Notes: a model not told the origin generated them from the letters alone. Shown: positions 37,369-49,932, counted from the first letter of the whole stretch. The stretch is DNA of 63,115 nucleotides, filler included, from Reclinomonas americana ATCC 50394 (GCA_048213135.1; 5 parts of 2 records of this genome joined end to end with filler, not necessarily neighbours in it), one strand, 5' to 3'. Numbers and translations are program-made.

Positions 37369-37530
37369 CTAGATTTTCTTCACACCATGGCAGGCCGGTG
37401 GTGGCACCGAGGCGGGCGGGCACGTGGCGAACCACTTGTGTTGCAGAGCGTCGGCCGCGGTGATGCAGTCGTCGGGCTCCAGCGCCGTCATTTGACACAT
37501 CAGGTCGATGGCCAGCTGCAGGCTCCACTT
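37369..37530 (-). pseudogene. Orphan protein-kinase C-lobe fragment (subdomain XI)
   Basis: LAIDLMCQMTALEPDDCITAADALQHKWF; the conserved Arg is replaced by Cys and no N-lobe is found before the next gene. Confidence 0.5.
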
Positions 37531-38140
37531 GCAATTGTGCACGCTGCGCGCGCGCGCGCAGCCGGCCCGCATGCAGCGACACCACGGCGACTCACACCAG
37601 CCCGAGAATCGCAGAAATAGCAGACGGAGTAATTAAGACCTTGCCACTCACTCAAGGATCGACAGCGCTGCTCTCCTCGGCGCTCGCTGCTCCATCTCCG
37701 CCACCCATGCGCAAAACTGGAACCGAACAATTGTCGGAAGAAATTCCTCTTGCCGCTCTCGACCACCTCTCAGTCACCTCCGAGTTACGACATTACATTT
37801 CCCCACTTTACCGATCAAGTGCAGACTCAGTGAGGGCCCTCTCAAATTGCCCGCAGCGTCGACAAACCGGACACGCATTCATTTGATGAATTCGTCGGGT
37901 GCGCCCTCTCATGTGGCCCGCAGCGGCCCCGGGCCCAAACATGTTCCCATCCCCACTTACATTTCATACTTTTGCACCATTGTTCCTTGCCATAGCGCGC
38001 ACAGACCACCTCTTGCATTTTCCGAACACGTCCCCGAGAGAAAGACCTACCGTTAACGTTGCAATCATCGCCAAAGTCAGACTTGTTCCGCTGCGCTTGC
38101 GCACGCAAGAATTTTTGTTTTCATATTGCAAGCAAACGCA

Positions 38141-38261
38141 ATGGCATTGCGCTGGCGTCACTCGGTCACCTGTGTGACTGCGGCGCTCATTGTCATTGTT
38201 GTTGCGCTCTCTGCGCATGCGCACCCCGAGTACCAAGCAAAGGTTCCGAATGGCAGCAGTG

Positions 38262-38306
<45 letters not shown>

Positions 38307-41300
38307 AGAGAGAGAGAGCAACGACTGAACTCGTTGCACGCAGCGCCTGGCAACGGTCTGTGTGCAGGCCTCGGCCACACCGACTGGTGGGTCCGCGCGC
38401 CCACACCGCGCACTCTCTATCTCTCTTCCTCCTTGTCATCACTCACACTCCACATCCATGCAGCAATGGTGGTGGCGCCAGAAACGTGTTTGGTGAGCCG
38501 CTGCGCACTGTCCCTCACTACTTGTCATGACCTGAAGTATATATTCATTCACAAACAGGAAACGCCTTCCAGTCAGCCGGTCTCTCGTGGACCACATCGC
38601 TGTGCAAGGCCGACAGCGACGGCGACCAGTTGTCAAACGGAGACGAGCTGGGAGTTGCGGAGAGATCTGGAGAAAAACGCACCGTTGCAGGACCGTTACT
38701 AATGTATGCCAATGCAGGATCCATGCTGCGTGTGGTCGTCGGGATCGACACCGGCGTTCACTAGTACCCTGTCGGACCCATCGAATCCCATGAGCAAGAC
38801 CACGCGCCCTTCGTGCACCTTTGCCGGTGCGTTTTTATTCGAGTGGCAATCGGTTTGAGCTGTCTGTCTGGCTGCTGACAGACAAGTTGCCAACAGCACC
38901 CGGTGCGGTCAGCGGCCTCACGGCGTCGCAAGTTGCGCATGCATGTCTTGGCGTCTTCTCTCTCTGCCCGATGTTGTTCTCCAGTGGTGCTCCTGCATTT
39001 CGCAAAAGCGTGTTTCTCTCCGTCCGCCCTTGCAAACTGTTCCCCTCCCTGTTTCTTTCCCCTTGTCCTCTCTCTTCCACTCCGCCTCTCCGCTCTCGCA
39101 ACCTCACTGTTCTCCTCCCTTTTTCCTATTTCCTTCAAATTCCTCTTTCCTTGCAAACTTATTGTTCCCCCTCCATGTTCCTTTGCCCCTTCCACTCCGC
39201 CCTTCTTCTCTCCTCTTGTAGAGTCACTGCTCTCCTCCTGGTTCTTTTGCTCTCCCTGGCCTTTCTCTTTTTCCTCTCTCCTCTGCCCTTGCAAACACTC
39301 TCTTGCTCTTGTTCACCATCCGCTTCTGACAGGTCACTGGCGGCGCCGCGTCGCTGTCGTGGTCGGCGCCATCTGGCTCCTGCTTCTGCTCGTACGCGGT
39401 GCGTGCGCCCACACTCGCCCTCATTCTCCACCCCCTCGCTGCTCCCGCTGATGTGACATGCTCCCTCTCTCTCTCTCTATCTATCTCTCTCTCTCCTGTG
39501 TCACAATCAGGCCATTATTACACCCGCCGGTGGCACAGCCAGCACCCTGACCGGCATCAGCTCCACACTCTCGACGCTGACGGTGTGTCTCAGTCCGTCG
39601 ACCACGTACACCGTGCAGGTGGTGCCGGTGAACTTTCTCGGCAACGGCACCAGCGGGCCGTCTGTCACCGTGACCACCACTGCGACAGGTGCGTGATTCA
39701 ACAAACCTGCAACGTCCTTTCTCTCTTCACCCTCTCTCTCACACCACCCCGCTTCACAGGCACCATTGGCGCCTGCCCAGCACCCGCCACCAACACTGGC
39801 GGCACTGGTGGCGGAAGCAGCAGCGGTGGTGGCACCAGCACCGGCGGCGGCACCAGCACGGGTGGCGGCGCGAGCTCGGGTCCAAGTTGCGTCACCCTAT
39901 CAATGAAACAGTAGTATGGGAGGCCAGTCGCTCACTCTTCCCATGCAGGCCTCTCGCCCACCACGCCGACGGCTCCGACCGCCACCGCTGGCACAGGTGA
40001 TGTCACCAGCATGTACAAGCTGCGCTCGGATTTGATCTACCTCGGCCTCTTTATCGCCGTGATCATCGCTGCCGGAGTTATTCTGCTCTACGCTGTCAGC
40101 AAGCCCGCTCGCGGCGTTTCTCGCTTCCTCCTTCACCAGGTAACTCAATAGTCAGCGATCGAGACTCTACCCATTTGTACCGCGACTCAACCATCGCGCA
40201 CACAGAAACTCGCACCGCATCCCACCAACGCCTTCTTGAAGTTTATCAACTTGCACAGCATTGCCGACATGTCCATTGGCGAGTTGCTGGTCGTGCTGAC
40301 CTATTTTGGCCTGCTCATCATTACCTACGTGCGCCGCTACAAGGTGTTGAATCCAAGCGGAACCCTGTTGCGTCTGATCGTTGACCAGTCTAGATCTCTC
40401 TCAGCAATCATTTCATTTCGTTCACCATGTGCGACTGCAGGGAGCTCTACACTGGCTTTGTGGTGCTCGGAGAGATCAACCTGGTACACATCGGCTTCCT
40501 CTTCATTCCCGTATCGCGCAACTCGCTGGTTCTGTGGATCTTTGGCATGTCGTACGACCGTGCCATCAAGTACCATCGCTGGTGCGCTCACCAATGCCGC
40601 ACAGATGATAGATGACCAACCTAGGCTTACTTCTCCTCCACTTTCTCTGTGTCTAGGGTGACTCGCTTGTTCATCGTGACGGTGACAATTCACGGTTGGG
40701 GCATTGCTGGCTCGACTTCCGCTGGTGTCTCGTACATTTTCCGCTGGAGCGGTGCCGGAGCCAATCCCGGCCTTCCTGGGTTCATTGGTGAGTTGTAAGA
40801 ATAGTACTGTGCGCTCCTGTGAGACTGAAGAGTCGATTGTTGTGTGTATGCACAGCGTGGTTGTGCATGGAGATCATGGCCTTGACTTCTTTCGAGTATA
40901 TCCGTCGACGCGCGTGGGAGGTGTTCCAGTACACGCATTTCCTGTTCTTGGCGGTGATTGTGTTTTCGGCCCTTCACACGGTCGAGAGTTTGGCCTGGAT
41001 GGCGCCCGTTGCGTTGCATGTCCTCGCCACCAGGAGAAATCATTCGTGTGCCTCACATTTTCTCTCTGTGCAGGGCGTCATCTTGTTGCTGGTGGACTGG
41101 ATCATTCAGGGTACGCGGTGGTTCCGGCACGTGACGGTGTGTTTGTTGTTGAAAGCATGCCTGTGTGCGGACCCCGTCTTGCTCATTCAACACGCGCAGG
41201 CGTCTCTCGAGTTCGCCAGCAACTCACGCGAAGTGTGTGTCCTCACCCTGACTCGCCGGGATGGCAAGCCGTTCTCGTACCGCCCGGGCCAGTTCATGAC

Positions 41301-41457
41301 ACTGCACATTCCGGCTGTCAGCAAGTTCGTCGCACCAACTCACCTGTCCCTCTGCCGCACTTCCCGTCTCACGCAATTTTTCGCCTTTTTTGTTCGTCAC
41401 AGCATCCAAAGTCATCCGTTCACGATCAGCTCGTCGCCGAACAGCGCGTTCTCCTCG
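38141..41457 (+). CDS. Temptin-domain / FN3 / ferric reductase (FRE/NOX-like) fusion, 5' part
   Basis: Signal peptide; HPEYQAKVPNG..GLGH..GGGARNVFG..W..LCKADSDGDQLSNGDELGDPCCVW; FN3 LSWSAP..TYTVQV; PVSRNS..YDRAIKYHRW, RRRAWEVFQYTH, YRPGQF..SHPFTISS. Confidence 0.85.
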
Positions 41458-41477
41458 NNNNNNNNNNNNNNNNNNNN

Positions 41478-42255
41478 TGCCAGGTAGCCCTGTTGCAATG
41501 GCCATCTCAGTGACCACCATTTGCGTTGCACAAATGAGCAGAGCGCCGCGACGCACCAGCAACGAAACCAGCGGGGTGATGCCAATGCCACCGGCCACCA
41601 GCAGGATACTGCGATACGACGCAGCGTTGACCGACAAGGAGCCATACGGGCCATCCGCGTGCACCGTCAGCGACTGCTGCTTGCCGACCTGCTGTGTCAG
41701 GCGCTGTGTCCACGTGTCGCCGGGGACGGCCTTGATGTGGAAGGTGATGGCGTTNNNNNNNNNNNNNNNNNNNNCCGCACACGTACACCGCCATGCGATC
41801 GACACCGCGCTTCACCGTCTCCTGCTTGTGGTCGGCGATGATCTGCAAGTTGCAAGGTGAGGACATGCTGTGCCTTATTCCCTCCCCCTGCTCCCCACAC
41901 TCTAGGCCTCACCTGATGGATGTTGGGACGTCCAGAGTACAACGCAAGTGGGCACTGCAGCTCCATCAAGCGCTCTGGCTGGTCGTTCATGTCGGACGGG
42001 AACCAGGCCGCGACACTCCCGCAAAGCGGCTGTCACTCGTCGAGGTGGCGTACAGCTCGAGCGTGAACGACGAGCGCACCTCCACCCAGTTGGCGATGTT
42101 GACAAAGGTCTCGCGGAACCACTGCCACGACTGTGCATGCATGTGAGACGGACGGTGCAGTGCAATTGATGCGCCGCTGCTCAAACCTCGGTATCACGAG
42201 TGGCCCACACCAGGCGCACGCGCGTGTCTGCCAACTGGCGGGCCTCCACCAGCGA
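41478..42255 (-). CDS. Ferric reductase FAD/NAD-binding exons, in two gap-flanked inverted pieces
   Basis: FHIKAVPGDTWT, DGPYG, LLVAGGIGITP (41478-41754); YSGRPNI, AVYVC (41775-42255). Confidence 0.8.
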
Positions 42256-42297
42256 NNNNNNNNNNNNNNNNNNNNCCAACAACAAATTCATTCACCA

Positions 42298-42490
42298 ACA
42301 AACAAGCAACAGCTGTCTTGATGACCAAGTTCAACCGTATCCAAAGCATCAACACAGACACCAATCATGAGGCAACAGCAGGTTCCTTGTGTGTGGGTGT
42401 TCGCTCTCGGAGCTCCGAACAAGTCGAGAACTGCGATCTTCAGCGCATAAACGCGACTGGACAGTGGATTTGACGCACTTGCATAGACGC
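42298..42490. repeat. Dispersed non-coding repeat, copy 2
   Basis: Same block order as 34409-34560, with insertions. Confidence 0.85.
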
Positions 42491-42939
42491 ATGGCGTTTT
42501 CTGCGATCGTAACACGGCACATCGAATTCGGGAAAAGGCCATAAGCCAGGCAAACAAAGCAAAGCCGGGTCCGGATCCGTGAAGTAGGCAAAGCAAAAAC
42601 AGTGGTGGCGTCGTCGTTGGTGGCGTGGTTGAAACAAGAGTGTTGCTTCTTCATTGCAAGCTAGTGGGTTTCGCGGATAACGATTACAACAGGAAATTCA
42701 CCAGCTGCTGCTGCTTGCTGCCCTGCTGACACTTGTGCTCACAGAGCAAAGGTCTCGCGGTGGGCGTCAATGGCAAACGAGCACATTGACGATTGTGTGA
42801 AGCATTGCTTCAACACCTCATCCTCCAGTGCGGCGGGANNNNNNNNNNNNNNNNNNNNNNNNNNNNNNNNNNNNNNNNNNNNTTAATTAATTAANNNNNN
42901 NNNNNNNNNNNNNNNNNNNNNNNNNNNNNNNNNNNNNNA

Positions 42940-45900
42940 TTGGTGCCGCGATGCTGGTGACCATGGTGGTGCTGTCCACTGTGGCACTGATGCAGGGACG
43001 CGTGTCTCGAGTGCCGCCCGCCTACACCAGCGCATCAGTGGAGAGTGACATTGTCAATACTCAAACAGCGGTGGCGAGCACTACTACTACTGCTCAGGTA
43101 CACGCACTTTGTGTGAGCAAGCACTGCGCTGTGTTAAAGTAGGCATTGTGTCGTCTTACATTGCATCATCATCAGGGCTCCCGTCGTCGTCTCATGCAGT
43201 CCATCAGTCTCGGTTTGTTCCTTCTCTCTGTCTCTCTGTGTTTTGTGCGTGCCCCTCACAGAGAAGAAGAGGAAGAATGACGATAAGGAGGGGAAGAAGA
43301 GGGAGGAGGAGGAGAAAGGGGAAAAGAGAAGACGAAGAACGACGTTAAGAGGAAGAAGAATGACGATAAGGAGGAGAAGAAGAAGGAAGGGAGGAGGAAA
43401 GGGGAGGAGGTATCTCTCTCGCACCACTGTCTCTTGTAGCGGACGTGCCCCTCAAGGAGGAGAAGAGGAAGAAGAAGAAGAATGACGATAAGGAGGGGAA
43501 CACTGAAGAGGAGGAGGAGGACGAGGAGGAGGAGAATGGGGAAGGAGAAGGAGAAGAAGGAGAAAGAGAACGAGAAGGGGTATATCTCTCACTCATACTG
43601 TCTCTTGCAGCGGACCAAACGGCGCCCTTTGATGCTCCAGCAGGCCCCGATCCGCGTCGCGATTTCATCAAGAGCGTGAGTCTCTCTCTTTCTTCTCTAT
43701 CATCTCTTTCTCACACAGGACTGTGCGCAGATGTTCCGCCAAGCCTACGAACCCTACCGTGCACTGGCCAAGTGGCACGACGAGCTCAACCCGAACAACG
43801 CCACCGACCCCATTATCGACTGGTGAGTGAATGCAAGCAAGTGCACGAGCTCGATTTTTTGTGTGTGACCTCATTGTTGCGCGTCTGTGCAGGGTCGAGG
43901 GCGGCATTGGTCTGACGCCTCTCGACTCGCTCGACACCATGTACCTCATGGGCCTCACCGACTACTTTGAGGAGGCGGTGGCGTGGATCGAGAACGGCCT
44001 GTCGTTTGCCAAGCGCGGCAACATTTCCGTGTTTGAGTTGACCATTCGCGTGGTCGGCTGCCTCGTGTCGACCTACGACTTGTCTGGGCGCAAGTCGCTG
44101 CTGACGGCCGCCAAGAACATGGCGGACCGCCTGTTGCATGCGTTTGTGGCGTCATCGGGTCTGCCCAACGGCATCATCGACCTGAAGCTGTTGAACTCGT
44201 CGGCGCACGAGTACGGGCTGGTGAACTTGGCCGAGATCGGCACGCTGCAGCTCGAATTCAAGGCACTCGGCGACCGTCTCGGCGACGACTCGTACGGCGT
44301 GAAAGTGACCCACATCATGGACCTCATTCGTGCCAACTTGCCGCCGTCGGGACTGGCGCCCATGTACCTGCAGGTGGAGACCGGCAAGTTCAACTCTTGT
44401 TGCGTTTGTGGGGTAAGAGGAGGATGAGGAAAAGCAGCACGCGGCGCCACTCACATGTTGATTGCTCAGCTTTCGTGACCTTTGGTGGTGGCGGAGATTC
44501 GTAGTTTCGTGTCTCTCTCTTGCAGGGGGGGAGGGGGGAGGGCTACTCATGCTCACCACTCTGTCTCTGGCAGTTTCGAGTACCTGCTGAAGCAGTATGT
44601 GCTGACGGGTGGCATTGAGACGACGTACCGCCAGATGTATGATCAGGCCATCGACAGCATGTATGAGGTGTGCACGCTCTCTCTCTCTCTCTCTCTCTCT
44701 CTCCCTTCTCGTTGTCGTGCACTCACGCTGTCGCCGCATGCAGACACTGCTGGCCCGTTCTACACCGTCTGGCCTCATGTACATTCAGTCGCTGAACAAG
44801 ACGCTGCACGAGAACAACTGGCAGCACTTGGTGCGTGTACAAGCACCTTTGCTCCACTCTTTCATGCCACCAAGCTCATCCATGCTTGCGCGTGTGTGTG
44901 TGCAGGGTTGCTTCATGGGTGGTCTGCTTTCGCTGGGCGCCACTGGACCACGTGCTTCAGAAGACAAGGCGGCTGCGGAGGTAAACTTTGCCACTTGTGC
45001 TTGTCATCGTCGTCGTCTTCAGCACCAAATCTAATGCACCGCAGGGCATCACGTACACATGCTACGAGATGTACAACCGCTCGCCGAGTGGCATCTCACC
45101 CGACTCGGTGGATTTTGAGGACGGCAAGGACTTTGTGGCGGCGAATCCGCACTACGTCTTGCGTCCAGGTGCGCTCTTTCCCCTCCTTGCTCCCTCATTC
45201 TCCTTCCCCCCCCTTCATCGCCACTCTAACAATCACGTCATCGCACAGAGGTGGTCGAGGCCATCTTCTACCAGTGGCGTCGCACGCACAACCCCATGTA
45301 CCGCGAGTGGGGCTGGCAGATTGCCGAGGCGCTCGTGTCGGTGTGCGTGTCCAACACGACGGGCGGCTTTGCCGGCGTGGAGGATGTTCGACTGTCGCCG
45401 GCGCTGGCCAAGCTGACGCAGGATGAGGAGCAGCAGAGCTTCTTCCTGGCTGAGACGCTGAAGTATCTGTACTTGCTGTTCTCCGAGGATGAGCTGGTGC
45501 CGCTGGATCAGGTGTGAAGGGGGGGAAGGGAGGGGGTGGAGAGGGGAAGGGGGAGGGGAGGGAGAGGGTGGAGAAGGGAGGGTGTGGAAGGGGAGAGAGA
45601 GTAGGAATGGGAAGGGGAAGGGGAAGGGGGGAGAGAGAGAGTTGGAAAGGAAGGCAGTGAAATGTTCTGCAGTTCTTCTTCTTACCTTTCTTCATTCTTA
45701 TTTATCCTCTCAAGTCTCTCCTTCTGCTGGCCTTTTCTTTCTCTTTCTTCTCGATTTTTCTCCAATTCCTTCTCGAGAGTGGAAAGGGAGGGAGTGGAGA
45801 AGGAGAGAGAGCGGACAAGAAAGACAGTAGGAAAGGGGTGAGTGGAAATCTTTCTGCAGTTCTTCTTCTTTCCCTTCTGCCTTCTTCTGTGTCTGCTCAA

Positions 45901-46320
45901 ATCTCTGCTTCTGCTGGCCTTTTCATTCTCTTTCTTCTCGATTTTCTCGCCTTCTCTCCACTTCCTTCTCGAGAGTGGAAACAGGAGAAGGAGAGAGAGA
46001 GACAGTAGAAAAGGAGGAGTGAAAGGGAAGGCAGTGGAGTAGGGACGGAGGGCGTAGGAAAGCGAGGAAGTGGAAAAGAAGGGAGTTGAAGATGGGCTAT
46101 CTGTACTTCTTCTTTCCCTGCTGCACTTTCTTCTCTTTACGCTTCCATCTCTGCTTCTTCTGGCCCTCTTCTCGAGAGTGGGAGAGGGAGTGGGGAAGCA
46201 CGGAAGTCTCACTGCAATCTCCCTCTGCTGTAGTTTGTGTTCAACACCGAGGCGCACCCGATCAAGATCTTCCACCCTGCGCCCAACACCCCCTGGTTGC
46301 GCGGCGTCAAAACCGAATGA
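42940..46320 (+). CDS. Class I alpha-1,2-mannosidase (GH47)
   Basis: DSLDTMYLMGL, SVFELTIRVVG, AEIGTLQLEF, GDSYFEYLLK, HLGCFMGG, YVLRPEVVE, SFFLAETLKYLYLLF, VFNTEAHP. Confidence 0.95.
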
Positions 46321-46370
46321 GGGCGCGAGAAGTGTCCCCGTTTTTTCCTCTTCTAAACAGTGTGCGTGAT

Positions 46371-47818
46371 TTATTCTCCCAACATGATGCGCCCTCCGTA
46401 AATGTTCCACAACACGGAGACCACTCGTTCGTCTCGCATGACCTTCCAGTAGAACGGATGCAGCGTGACACCGTCGTGTCGCGTAGATTCCACCGCCGGC
46501 GATCCACTCGTCAGCATGTCCAACAGCGGCACGTATTGAAACGAACAGATTTCGCTCTCTGGCGAGCGCGGCACGTACGACTCGAAGCCCGGGTCGAACG
46601 GCACGCGCATCACAAACAGTACGTACTTGCTGTGCGGCAGGTACGTAAAGTTGAGGTTGGCCAGCTCCTCCGTGTACTGTCGCCGCAGGGAGTCGGTGGC
46701 CTCGCCAGCAAAGTAGCAGTCGGTCTCCTCGGTGAATTCGCGCAGCGCCGTGCGGAATGGGTCGTGTTGGTCCGACGGTGAGCGCTTGCCCCCGAAGCCG
46801 ACCCACAGGCCGGAGCTGCACGAAAGGGGGAAAGGGAAAGGGGGAATTAGAATGAGAGAACGGAGGAAGAGAGCGAGAGAGAGAAAGAGAGTTTTGTGTG
46901 TGCATATGTGTGTTTGTGTTTAGGAGGAGAATGAGAGAAACAGAAGGACTGACGAAGAATGGGAATATCTACGATGCTGGCATGGAGAGACATGGGCTTC
47001 TCAGTAATGAGGCGGCAGGAGAATAAAAAGAAACATGCGCACATTCAGAAAAGCGAAGACAAGAGGAGAGATCGAGACAGATCGACGTGGCGGCATTCAA
47101 AGACAATGAGCCGGGGTAAAGACAAAATGAACGACGTGATCTCTTCTTGTCATCTCACTTCGCGCTCTGCCCCTTGTGAACTCTGAGGAAACGAGGGACG
47201 ACTGGAGATACAGACAGGTTTTCACACACCCTTTGTGTTCCATTCCGTAGAACTCGGAGTGCACTTGAGCGCGTTTTCGCGGTCCGTGACGCTTCTCGCC
47301 GAGCAACGCGAACCAACGCCCCTCATACGCCGCAACTGCGGTGACTCGAGAGTAAGATCAAACGGTCAATCTCGTTTTCTGTCTCTCACACAAAACGCAA
47401 CTCGGAAGAATGCCGGCGGCCGTGTATCGCTGAGCCACCTGATTCAGCGTCAACAGATTTCGCTCACGTCTCCTCTCCAACACGACGCGCCACGACACCA
47501 CGGGACTGGCCGCCGGCCGCTTGGCCACGCCCGCTGCTGCCGCTGCCGCTGCTGCCGCTGCGGCGGCTGCAGGTGGTGGCGAGGGTGGGACTGGTCGTCG
47601 CAACATCGGTGTGGCGGTGGCGGTGGCTGTGGCGGGTCGTGGACTATGCGGTGCTGTTGATGGCGGTGCTGCGTTTCCTGGTTTCCTCCTTCGCGATTTG
47701 CGTGACGATGATGTGCGAGTGGTGCTCGTTGGAGGCGGTGGATCCTTGCCCGTGTTTTCAACCGTCGACACAAACAGAGGGTGGTGTCGGTAGCGACGGA
47801 GAGGGTTGTCGGGGGCGT
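46371..47818 (-). CDS. Nudix hydrolase (5' exons uncertain)
   Basis: AAGILPIAAYEGRWFALLGE..GLWVGFGGKR..TALREFTEET (Nudix box). Confidence 0.8.
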
Positions 47819-47929
47819 CTGCGTGAGGGCAGAGAAAGGGTGAGTGAGCTTGTGTAAAAGAAGGGAAGGGATAGGAAGGAGCGATGAACCCATTGAGAGA
47901 GCGCGCATGCCTGACTGAAACGTGAGCAG

Positions 47930-48440
47930 AAAAAGAGGAGGCCAGTGCTTGTGACGGTATGCAGAGCACGAGAATAGAAGATGACATGATTACAAAGGGC
48001 GGAGAGTGATATGGGTCAGAGTGATTGTGTAGAGTGCAGAGAAGAGGCCAGCGCTCGTGATGGTATGCAGAGCAGGAGAAGAGAAGAGAACAGACGAGGA
48101 GATGATCAAACTGTGTTGGTCCACAGACGGTGAGAGTGAGCATGCCTGTGAAGAGAAGAAGACAGTGCTTCTCACGGACGCAAAGCAGGCAGGAGAGAAG
48201 GGAGAGGACAGGGTTGAGATCACGAAGAGGAGTGAGTGTGATGGGTCACAGATGGCGCGAGCAGTGAATGGGAGAAGAGTCAGTGCTTGTGATGAGATGC
48301 AAAGCAGGCAGGAGCGAAGGGAGAGGACGGGGAAGAGATCACGAAGGGGTGTGAGTGTGATGGTCACAGGAGAGCAGGAAGATAACGGGGAGAGATCACA
48401 GAGAGCGGAGACTGCAGTGGTCACGAGTGAGCATGTGTAA
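47930..48440. repeat. Degenerate tandem repeat, about 105-120 bp period
   Basis: Core GA.GAG..CAG.GCT.GTGA.G..ATGCA.AGCA recurs near 47935, 48041 and 48274, with a more degenerate copy near 48158. Confidence 0.6.
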
Positions 48441-49109
48441 AAGAGTGACTGGCGAGTGAATGAGAGAAGGGCCGGTGTTTGGGAAGGAGAGGGTGATTGA
48501 TCCACAGACAGTAAGAGAGTGGAAAGTGCAGATGAGCGAGCAACTGAGCACAGAGAGGGAAAGAGATTCCCATGTGAATCACAATGCAATCACATTCACA
48601 CATTCACACACCACTGCTCATCAACGGCTTCGGCATTGCAGGCGGCAACCTCCGCGTTCGCGCACGAGCCAACAACGACAACGACGAAGAATGCGTTTGA
48701 AACACACTCATACTCGCTCTCTCTACAGCTCTCTTTGCCACAGGTGGTGGTGCTGGTGGTGGCAGTCGACATCGACTCTCCATCACGGCCAGCAGACGCC
48801 GCCATAACATGTGCGAAGGCGACTGCAGCGCGTGCACGAGGAACAGTGCAGCGCCACCGCCACTGCTCATCAAAAATGAATGAAATGCAATGTGGAGGAC
48901 GCAAGGACACAGCTCTCTGTCTCTGCAAGGCCGCAGATGCAAAAGGCTGCAGTGCCCACCTCCCTTCCACTCGTCAATCGTTCAGCTCCGAAAGATCGGC
49001 TGCACGATCAATGTTGAAGTTCTCGAAGGTCAAAGTCGACTTCACACGCAACTCGTCGCACAGCTCAGCTGCTGATGGCCCTCCCTCCACGCCAGTCTCT
49101 CCTCACATC

Positions 49110-49410
49110 GCTCAGCTTCCCAAGATTAACAAGGTTGCTCTCTCCTTCTCGTTCCCTTCTTCTTGCAGTCGTACAGCTGTTCAAGATCCCGACCAGACTG
49201 CTACTCTCCCTCTCGCCTCCCTTCTCGCTAGTCTCTCCTTACATCGCTCACCTTCTCAAGACCCACAAGGCTGTACTCTCCTTCTCGTTCCCTTCTGCAG
49301 GACTGCAGCCGCACAGTTGTTCAAGATCGCGACCAGACTGCCACTCTCCCTCTCGCTTCCGACGGCCCTTGTCTATCCCTAGCTTCCCAAGATAAACAAG
49401 GCTGCACTGT
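49110..49410. repeat. Degenerate alternating A/B minisatellite (about 137 bp dimer)
   Basis: A: CTT..CAAGA...ACAAGG.TG..CTCTCCTTCTCGTTCCCTTCT at 49111, 49247 and (partial) 49381. B: CAG.TGTTCAAGATC.CGACCAGACTGC.ACTCTCCCTCTCGC at 49175 and 49313. Confidence 0.7.
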
Positions 49411-49932
49411 CACAGCTGTTTCTGACGGTCTTACTCGTCGTCCCCTCTCTACTTGCTGCCACCCTGCCACTTTCCTCCCGCTTCTGATGGCCTTTCCTTG
49501 TTGTCAACTTCCCACGACCGACAATCCTGCACTGTCTACTTCGTTTCTGACGGTCTCACTCGTCAGCTCTACTGTACTTGCAACTGTAGCGCTCAACTTC
49601 TCAAGACCGACAAGACCGCACTGTGCAACACACCAGTTGCAAGAAGACAAGAAGACCATGCTGCTGACATCGCAACTCTGTGCCTCATCATGCCTACCAC
49701 ACGCAGCTTAACGATCCAGAAGACAGCAGCTGCCTCTCTAGTTCCAGTCCCTCCTCAGCGCTGCGCATAAACAGTCATCTTCCAAGACAGGATTGCTCAC
49801 ATCGCCACTCCCTGCAGCCTCTCCTCCTGTCTCGTTCTCTACCCTCACCTTCCTTCTCCAGTCTCTCCTCAGTGCTGAACAGAATCGCTCGACTCCAGAG
49901 GCAGCCTGCTTCATCACACTTCCTCTCCACTT

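Noticed and set aside
49110-49410. Repeat-spacer pattern as a CRISPR array
   Set aside because: Units are degenerate, the intervening sequences are themselves repeated, no cas genes are present and the context is eukaryotic.
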